This document shows, one piece after another, positions 1-4,385 of a stretch of DNA of 4,385 nt. The DNA lies in the IMG/VR virus record IMGVR_UViG_2671180268_000009; one strand, given 5' to 3'. Position 1 is the first letter of the stretch. The number at the start of each line of letters is the position of its first letter. The notes under the pieces are model-generated. The model ran no database searches. It saw only the letters and a program-made list of their open reading frames with translations, and was not told the origin of the DNA. The stretch is from a virus (lineage: Duplodnaviria; Heunggongvirae; Uroviricota; Caudoviricetes). The position numbers and the translations under genes were made by a program.

Positions 1-79
1 GCTTTGAACTCTTTAGAGTAACGTTGGGTTTTTCTGCTCATTATTAGCTCCTTCTGATGCCATTCTATTTCAGGAAGGA

Positions 80-782
80 GTGTCCGTTAAACTCAGGCTA
101 CCTCAGGTTATTCGCTTCTGGGCATGGGCGGATCAACAAATGATAGACGGTAATGCAGATTGTAACGCTCGCGGCGTTACAAAAAGTGCAATAGATCGCA
201 TCACTTTTATGTCTGGTTTTGCTGATGCGTTAATTCAGGTTGGATGGCTGGTCGAAAATGACGGAGGGCTTTCTCTACCTAACTTTGAACGTCATAACGG
301 AAAAAGCTCTAAAAAAAACGGGCGGTTACAAACGAGCGAGTAACAAAAATACGCGAACTGAAACGAAAAGGTAACGCTGCCAGCGTTACACAAACGGATC
401 AAAAAGCGTTACCAGAGGAAGAGGAAGAGGAAGATCTAAATACTGATCTCCCCCTCGCCAAAAACGAGCGTCTAAAAAATTCGAGCCGGAGGCTATTGAG
501 CTGCCCGATTGGTTGCCGGAAACACTCTGGCATGAGTGGGTCCGGTTCAGACAGGCATTGCGAAAACCGATTCGAACGGAGCAGGGCGCTAACGGGGCGA
601 TACGGGAACTGGAAAAATTCCGTCAGCAGGGTTTTACACCTGAGCAGGTGATTCGACACAGCATCGCCAATGAATACCAGGGCCTGTTCGCGCCGAAAGG
701 TGTTCGGCCTGAGACGTTGCTCCGACAGGTTAACACCGTCTCGTTGCCGGACAGTGCGATCCCGCCAGGCTTCAGGGGGTAA
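80..782 (+). pseudogene. Phage replication-initiation/primosomal protein with DnaT-like C-terminal domain (YdaU-like); frame broken by two apparent -1 frameshifts
   Basis: Three consecutive open segments in different frames: frame 2 from GTG 80 to TAA 341-343; frame 1 open 313-648, reading through a (GAGGAA)x3 acidic stretch; frame 0 open from 447 to TAA 780-782. The frame-0 segment ends ...NTVSLPDSAIPPGFRG, which closely matches the C-terminus of E. coli DnaT as I recall it (...NTVSEPDSQIPPGFRG), and ELPDWLPETLWHEW resembles the DnaT PDWQPD region. The frame switches fall at an A8 run (311-318) and an A6 run (474-479). Adding one A to each run gives one continuous ORF of about 235 aa. GGAAGGAG at 72-79 abuts GTG 80 with no spacer, so the true start is uncertain (in-frame ATG at 140 is an alternative). 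Stops occur in all three frames within 1-50, so the gene does not extend upstream of the window. Confidence 0.6.
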
Positions 783-788
783 CGGACC

Positions 789-1219
789 ATGAAAAATATT
801 GCGACAGGCGGCGTTCTGGAACGCATCCGCCGACTGACCCCGCCACATGTAACCGCCCCATTCAGAACGGTAGCGGAGTGGCGCGAGTGGCAACTTGCTG
901 AAGGCCAGAAACGTAGCGAGGAGATCAACCGCCTGAATCGCCAGTTGCGGGTGGAAAAAATTCTGAATCGCTCAGGCATCCAGCCGTTGCACCGTAAATG
1001 CTCGTTTGCGAATTACCAGGTGCAGAACGACGGCCAGCGATACGCGTTAAGCCAGGCGAAATCCATCGCCGATGAACTGATGACCGGGTGTACAAATTTT
1101 GCGTTCAGCGGAAAACCTGGTACCGGGAAGAATCACTTAGCGGCAGCTATCGGGAATCGCCTGCTGAAAGACGGTCAGACAGTGATTGTGGTTACCGTGG
1201 CTGATGTTATGAGCGCCCT
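789..1219 (+). CDS. DnaC-like replicative-helicase loader (phage YdaV/P-like AAA+ ATPase), 3' end lost in assembly gap
   Basis: ATG 789 follows a GGGGG SD-like tract at 775-779 and sits 6 nt after the upstream stop. The translation MKNIATGG...RSGIQPLHRKCSFANYQV...FAFSGKPGTGKNHLAAAIGNRLL...VVTVADVMSA parallels E. coli DnaC as recalled (MKNVGDLM...RSGIRPLHQNCSFENYRV...FIFSGKPGTGKNHLAAAICNELL...IITVADIMSA), including the Walker A motif GKPGTGKN. The ORF runs into N at 1220; the residues the ORF track reports after the gap are a read-through artefact. Confidence 0.85.
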
Positions 1220-1320
1220 NNNNNNNNNNNNNNNNNNNNNNNNNNNNNNNNNNNNNNNNNNNNNNNNNNNNNNNNNNNNNNNNNNNNNNNNNNNNNNNNN
1301 NNNNNNNNNNNNNNNNNNNN
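1220..1320. other. Assembly gap (101 N)
   Basis: Uninterrupted run of n at 1220-1320. It removes the 3' part of the DnaC-like gene, and the true length is unknown. Confidence 0.98.
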
Positions 1321-1336
1321 AGTTTCAGGAGGATTT

Positions 1337-1759
1337 ATGGCGAAACCTTTTACTCCCGAACAGCGGGAAGAACTGAAGACGCGAATTGTGGAACTCGTGC
1401 ATCAGGACGGTCGGGTCACGATTCGGCAGTTGTCAGATGAAACAGGTATCAGTCGTGCGTCTGTCGGTCGCTTATGCATAGAACTGGTCGCAAGTGGTGA
1501 TGTATATAATTCTGGCTACGGCTTATTCCCGTCTGAACAGGCTCGCAAGGACTGGCAAAGCGCCCGCAAAAAACTCTCGAGAGTAAAGGTGAGGAAACCG
1601 GTTGTTGTTGATCCGGACCTTATCTGGTCATTACCTGACGGAGAAATACGCCGCTACGACAGGCGCCTGAATATAATCTGTCGCGAGTGCCGGAAGAGCG
1701 AAGCTATGCAGCGTGTACTGGCTTTCTATCAGGGTAATTTTCAGGAGGCGATACTGTGA
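1337..1759 (+). CDS. Small winged-helix/HTH DNA-binding protein (prophage DUF977/YdaW-like, tentative)
   Basis: ATG 1337 is preceded by AGGAGG at 1327-1332 with a 4-nt spacer; 140 codons to TGA 1757-1759. The N-terminal segment RVTIRQLSDETGISRASVGRLCIELVASGDV has the pattern of a helix-turn-helix. Its position directly after the DnaT-like and DnaC-like genes matches the ydaU-ydaV-ydaW order of the Rac prophage as I recall it. The family assignment is from memory. Confidence 0.7.
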   Translation: MAKPFTPEQREELKTRIVELVHQDGRVTIRQLSDETGISRASVGRLCIELVASGDVYNSGYGLFPSEQARKDWQSARKKLSRVKVRKPVVVDPDLIWSLPDGEIRRYDRRLNIICRECRKSEAMQRVLAFYQGNFQEAIL

Positions 1760-1816
1760 ATGAAATTAGCTATCAGGCTTCAATTACCGCTGGCATTCGC
1801 ATCAAAGGAGAGGAGC

Positions 1817-2173
1817 ATGGAAATAAAACCAGAAGATGAGTTAAGCAATATCGTTTTATTTCCGGTAAAAGAGGATGACCCTCGTAATCAGGTTAATTTT
1901 CTTTATGAGCCATCGGAAAGACCATATTGCCATCACGCCTCTGTACGGGTTGACGAAAAAGAGCGTCAGGTCCGCTGTAAAATCTGCGGTGCGGTTGTGG
2001 AGCCGTTTGACTGGATGCTCTCTGTGGCAAAAAGAGAAACCAGACTGGCAGATGATGTAAGGCTATTGCGCCAGGAGGAACAGGAAAGGCGGAGAAATAT
2101 AGAAAAGCTGATACAGATTGAGCGTAACGCGAAAGCGCGGATACGCAGGGCGACAAAATCCAGAACTGAATAA
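1817..2173 (+). CDS. Hypothetical zinc-ribbon protein with a highly charged C-terminal helix
   Basis: ATG 1817 has AGGAG at 1806-1810 with a 6-nt spacer. Translation MEIKPEDEL...PYCHHASVRVDEKERQVRCKICGAVVEPFDW...RLLRQEEQERRRNIEKLIQIERNAKARIRRATKSRTE. The C-HH...C-x2-C spacing suggests a small metal-binding knuckle, and the tail is rich in Arg/Glu/Lys. An alternative start at ATG 1760 abuts the upstream stop, but codons 1760-1816 use rare AGG and TTA, so 1817 is preferred. Confidence 0.6.
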   Translation: MEIKPEDELSNIVLFPVKEDDPRNQVNFLYEPSERPYCHHASVRVDEKERQVRCKICGAVVEPFDWMLSVAKRETRLADDVRLLRQEEQERRRNIEKLIQIERNAKARIRRATKSRTE

Positions 2174-2320
2174 TTAAATTTAGCACTGTTAAAAATTTAA
2201 TCCTTAACCGGAGGGATTTCTGCACCCTCAAATCATCAGGAGACCACCCGAAAGGGCGGGGAGCAGTCACACATCTGTTTCCGATAGCCCCGTTCTAATG
2301 CTACACTCTTTGATATTTTT
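2174..2320 (+). promoter_or_regulatory. Intergenic regulatory region upstream of the QueH-like gene, containing an AT-rich inverted repeat and a possible extended -10
   Basis: Inverted repeat ATTAAATTT (2173-2181) / AAATTTAAT (2193-2201) with an 11-nt spacer. GAGGG (2211-2215) / CCCTC (2225-2229) small hairpin. TTTGATATTTT at 2309-2319 resembles an extended -10 (TGn + TATTTT). No convincing SD precedes ATG 2321 or ATG 2342. Confidence 0.3.
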
Positions 2321-3007
2321 ATGACCCCAATAAACATATTTATGACAGTTGCTGATTTCAAACGGCCCAAATTGGAGCTCCCAAACGGGGCAAACAAACT
2401 ACTACTGCACTCTTGCTGTGCTCCATGTTCCGGTGAGGTGATGGAGGCGCTTCAGGCCTCGGGAATCGACTACACCATCTTTTTCTACAACCCGAACATT
2501 CATCCTCAGAAAGAGTATTTAATTCGTAAGGATGAGAATATTCGCTTTGCTGAACAACACGGCGTGCCGTTTATTGATGCTGATTACGACACAGACAACT
2601 GGTTTGAACGAGCCAAAGGAATGGAATGGGAGCCCGAACGAGGGATCCGTTGCACCATGTGTTTTGACATGCGTTTTGAGCGGACAGCGCTGTACGCCGC
2701 TGAAAATGGTTTCAGTGTGATCAGCAGTTCACTGGGCATTTCACGCTGGAAAAATATGCAGCAGGTTAACGACTGTGGGCGGCGAGCCGTCGCGCATTAT
2801 CCGGGCATGGTGTACTGGGATTATAACTGGCGCAAGCAGGGCGGCTCGTCCCGTATGATTGAAATCAGCAAGCGCGAAAAATTCTATCAGCAGGAATATT
2901 GTGGCTGTGTGTATTCTCTGCGCGATACCAATCTACACCGCAAATCTCAGGGACGCCCTCTTATCAAAATTGGTCAACTCCACTACGGTAAAGAAGAGAA
3001 GGAGTGA
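2321..3007 (+). CDS. queH: QueH-like epoxyqueuosine reductase (DUF208 family) carried as prophage cargo
   Basis: 228-codon ORF ending at TGA 3005-3007. The N-terminal motif [15 protein letters not shown] matches the conserved LLLHxCCAPCS signature I recall for DUF208/QueH, with further Cys pairs (RCTMCFD, YCGCVYS) consistent with an Fe-S/metal enzyme. Start is ambiguous between ATG 2321 and ATG 2342. Confidence 0.65.
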   Translation: MTPINIFMTVADFKRPKLELPNGANKLLLHSCCAPCSGEVMEALQASGIDYTIFFYNPNIHPQKEYLIRKDENIRFAEQHGVPFIDADYDTDNWFERAKGMEWEPERGIRCTMCFDMRFERTALYAAENGFSVISSSLGISRWKNMQQVNDCGRRAVAHYPGMVYWDYNWRKQGGSSRMIEISKREKFYQQEYCGCVYSLRDTNLHRKSQGRPLIKIGQLHYGKEEKE

Positions 3008-3028
3008 TTTTATGGGGCACCTTTCTGA

Positions 3029-3058
3029 TTGATTTCATATTGGCGAGGTAAGTAGAAT
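3029..3058 (+). promoter_or_regulatory. Candidate sigma70-type promoter directed into the masked region
   Basis: TTGATT (3029-3034), 18-bp spacer, TAGAAT (3053-3058). Pattern match only. Confidence 0.25.
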
Positions 3059-3076
3059 GACTGCGGGTGCTTGAGG

Positions 3077-3113
3077 CTATCTGCTTCAGGCATGAACACC
3101 AAAAGGCAGATAG
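3077..3113. repeat. 8-bp perfect inverted repeat (CTATCTGC ... GCAGATAG) with 21-nt loop
   Basis: 3077-3084 CTATCTGC and 3106-3113 GCAGATAG are exact reverse complements. It lies just downstream of the candidate promoter and could be an operator or an RNA stem-loop. Confidence 0.4.
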
Positions 3114-3156
3114 AGAAAAGCCCCAGTTAACATTACGCGTCCGGCAAGACGCTTAA

Positions 3157-3449
3157 NNNNNNNNNNNNNNNNNNNNNNNNNNNNNNNNNNNNNNNNNNNN
3201 NNNNNNNNNNNNNNNNNNNNNNNNNNNNNNNNNNNNNNNNNNNNNNNNNNNNNNNNNNNNNNNNNNNNNNNNNNNNNNNNNNNNNNNNNNNNNNNNNNNN
3301 NNNNNNNNNNNNNNNNNNNNNNNNNNNNNNNNNNNNNNNNNNNNNNNNNNNNNNNNNNNNNNNNNNNNNNNNNNNNNNNNNNNNNNNNNNNNNNNNNNNN
3401 NNNNNNNNNNNNNNNNNNNNNNNNNNNNNNNNNNNNNNNNNNNNNNNNN
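3157..3449. other. Masked/unknown sequence (293 N)
   Basis: Uninterrupted n run at 3157-3449. The non-round length suggests a sized gap or masked segment; its content cannot be read. Confidence 0.98.
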
Positions 3450-3472
3450 CATCCTCAACGCACCCGCACTTA

Positions 3473-3516
3473 ACCCGCCCATCGCTGTGATCTCTCAGCG
3501 TTTCGGCGGGTTTTTT
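3473..3516 (+). terminator. Rho-independent terminator for a rightward transcript leaving the masked region
   Basis: ACCCGCC (3473-3479) pairs with GGCGGGT (3505-3511), with inner pairing CGCTG (3483-3487) / CAGCG (3496-3500), followed by TTTTTT at 3511-3516 and more T-rich sequence to 3527. Confidence 0.55.
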
Positions 3517-3645
3517 GTTGTTTATTTCCGGTGAATTTGATTCGCGCACCTTCGCAGATAGAATCGACTCACTTAAGTAGCGCGCAGGGAGAAGAGGGAT
3601 GGACCCCGAACAGGGGAGAGCTATTTATCTGGAAGGATTCTGAAG

Positions 3646-3933
3646 ATGAAAATCGAAGAATTGCGTGAAATTTTTAGTGAAAATGGCCTCTATGCTGTGC
3701 GCGTTGAGAATGGAGCGATTGTCAGCCATTGCCGCATTAGATGTTTGCAATCTCAACAAAGGAAGAGCGGTGCTGTGTTATTTTATTTTTGTAATGGACT
3801 TCTGACGGACGGTTTTATTTTGCGTGAGGACGAATTTGTCACATCATTACGGGTTTTGAAAGAGATTGGTTTTAAGGCTGGTTTTCTGCTTTTGCTGAAG
3901 AATAAACTCATCTACAATCTTGAGCAGGATTGA
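3646..3933 (+). CDS. Hypothetical protein, AT-rich orphan ORF (possible moron)
   Basis: ATG 3646 is preceded by GGAAGGA at 3631-3637 with an 8-nt spacer; 95 codons to TGA 3931-3933. It is visibly more A/T-rich than its neighbours (runs such as ttttatttttgtaatgg, ggttttattttg). I recognise no family. A promoter-like TTGATT (3537-3542) / TAGAAT (3558-3563) lies upstream, but its 15-bp spacer is short. Confidence 0.5.
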   Translation: MKIEELREIFSENGLYAVRVENGAIVSHCRIRCLQSQQRKSGAVLFYFCNGLLTDGFILREDEFVTSLRVLKEIGFKAGFLLLLKNKLIYNLEQD

Positions 3934-3971
3934 ACTCCTGCTGTGTAACACCGTGCCACCGGAGAAAGCCG

Positions 3972-4325
3972 ATGGCACATATACAACTGGTCAAACAAAC
4001 CTCTTCCGGATTACTTCTCCCGGCGACGCCGGAGAGTTGCGATTTTCTGCATCAAATCAAAATAGGTGAGTGGATACACGCAGACTTTAAGCGTGTGTGT
4101 AACTACGCATTCCACAAGCGTTTTTTCAAACTCCTGCAACTGGGTTTCGATTACTGGACTCCGGTCGGTGGGGCGATCACGCCTCGCGAACGAAAACTGG
4201 TGTCCGGTTTCGTTGATTACCTGTGTGAATCAGTAGGCCGGGAACATACGCCAGCTCTGAGCGAAGCCGCAGAGCAATTGAGGTGTACTGGCAATAGCGG
4301 ACACTACCATTTGTTCTTTTTTTAA
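3972..4325 (+). CDS. Conserved lambdoid-phage nin-region protein (DUF1367-like, tentative)
   Basis: ATG 3972 has GGAG at 3961-3964 with a 7-nt spacer; the ORF runs to TAA 4323-4325. The translation MAHIQLVKQTSSGLLLPATPESCDFLHQIKIGEWIHADFKRVCNYAFHKRFFKLLQLGFDYWTPVGG resembles a phage family I recall from the region between replication genes and Q. The ORF ends inside a T7 run (4317-4323) with odd terminal residues (HYHLFFF), so the 3' end may be unreliable. Confidence 0.55.
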   Translation: MAHIQLVKQTSSGLLLPATPESCDFLHQIKIGEWIHADFKRVCNYAFHKRFFKLLQLGFDYWTPVGGAITPRERKLVSGFVDYLCESVGREHTPALSEAAEQLRCTGNSGHYHLFFF

Positions 4326-4385
4326 GCAGCCATCTGATGATATTTTTCCCTGAAGGCTGCCGGGGAGATATTCCCCAGACGAGAG

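Noticed and set aside
57-131. 24-codon ORF starting at ATG 57
   Set aside because: No RBS, and it overlaps the 5' region of the replication gene in another frame.
80-782. Programmed ribosomal frameshifting as the explanation for the two frame changes
   Set aside because: Two obligatory -1 shifts in one gene are without good precedent, and I see no stimulatory SD or hairpin arrangement. Homopolymer error or pseudogenisation is more likely, though the slippery-heptamer form is recorded in the findings.
399-979. Minus-strand ORFs 399-893 (164 aa) and 623-979 (118 aa)
   Set aside because: Both are antisense to the DnaT-like and DnaC-like genes, which have clear homology on the + strand. Their translations are Arg/Ser-rich and low-complexity, as expected for the opposite strand of a coding region.
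513-1219. Possibility that this is the chromosomal dnaT-dnaC operon
   Set aside because: Both products are clearly diverged from the chromosomal proteins as I recall them, and the downstream genes (HTH protein, zinc ribbon, QueH-like, nin-type) are phage-type rather than chromosomal.
1321-1376. Apparent continuation of the DnaC-like ORF after the gap (FQEDLWRNLLLPNSGKN)
   Set aside because: The frame relationship across an N-run of unknown true length is meaningless. This stretch is the RBS and start of the next gene (ATG 1337).
1875-2270. ORFs 1875-2060 (+) and 1893-2270 (-) overlapping the zinc-ribbon gene
   Set aside because: They are nested in or antisense to a gene with a strong SD and co-directional operon context. 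They have no RBS and no recognisable motifs.
2532-2720. 62-aa ORF inside the QueH-like gene in another frame
   Set aside because: It lies wholly within the DUF208-like reading frame, which carries the conserved motifs.
3133-3549. Minus-strand ORFs 3133-3549 and 3153-3482 spanning the N-run
   Set aside because: Their apparent length is an artefact of translating N. Only about 7 real codons (...LSVLPDA, stop at 3133-3135) are readable on the left and the right side overlaps the terminator. I do not annotate it as a CDS but note it in the masked-locus finding.
1-4385. tRNA, CRISPR array, IS element or integrase
   Set aside because: I see no cloverleaf-compatible sequence with a CCA-type 3' end, no direct-repeat/spacer periodicity, and no transposase- or integrase-like ORF or terminal inverted repeats.

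Overview
The window reads as the rightward early operon of a lambdoid (Rac-like) enterobacterial prophage, with every supportable gene on the + strand. In order: a replication-initiation gene with a DnaT-like C-terminus whose frame is broken twice at poly-A runs (80-782); a DnaC-like helicase-loader gene cut off by an N-run (789-1219); a small winged-helix protein (1337-1759); a zinc-ribbon protein (1817-2173); a cargo gene for a QueH-like (DUF208) epoxyqueuosine reductase (2321-3007); a cryptic locus whose interior is hidden by 293 N but is bracketed by a promoter-like element and a strong intrinsic terminator (3008-3530); an AT-rich orphan ORF (3646-3933); and a conserved nin-region-type phage protein (3972-4325). 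No tRNA, rRNA, CRISPR array or transposase is visible. The stretch most likely to hold something undescribed is the accessory segment 1337-3933, in particular the QueH-like gene and the masked locus beside it. All homology statements rest on remembered sequences and motifs; no search was run.
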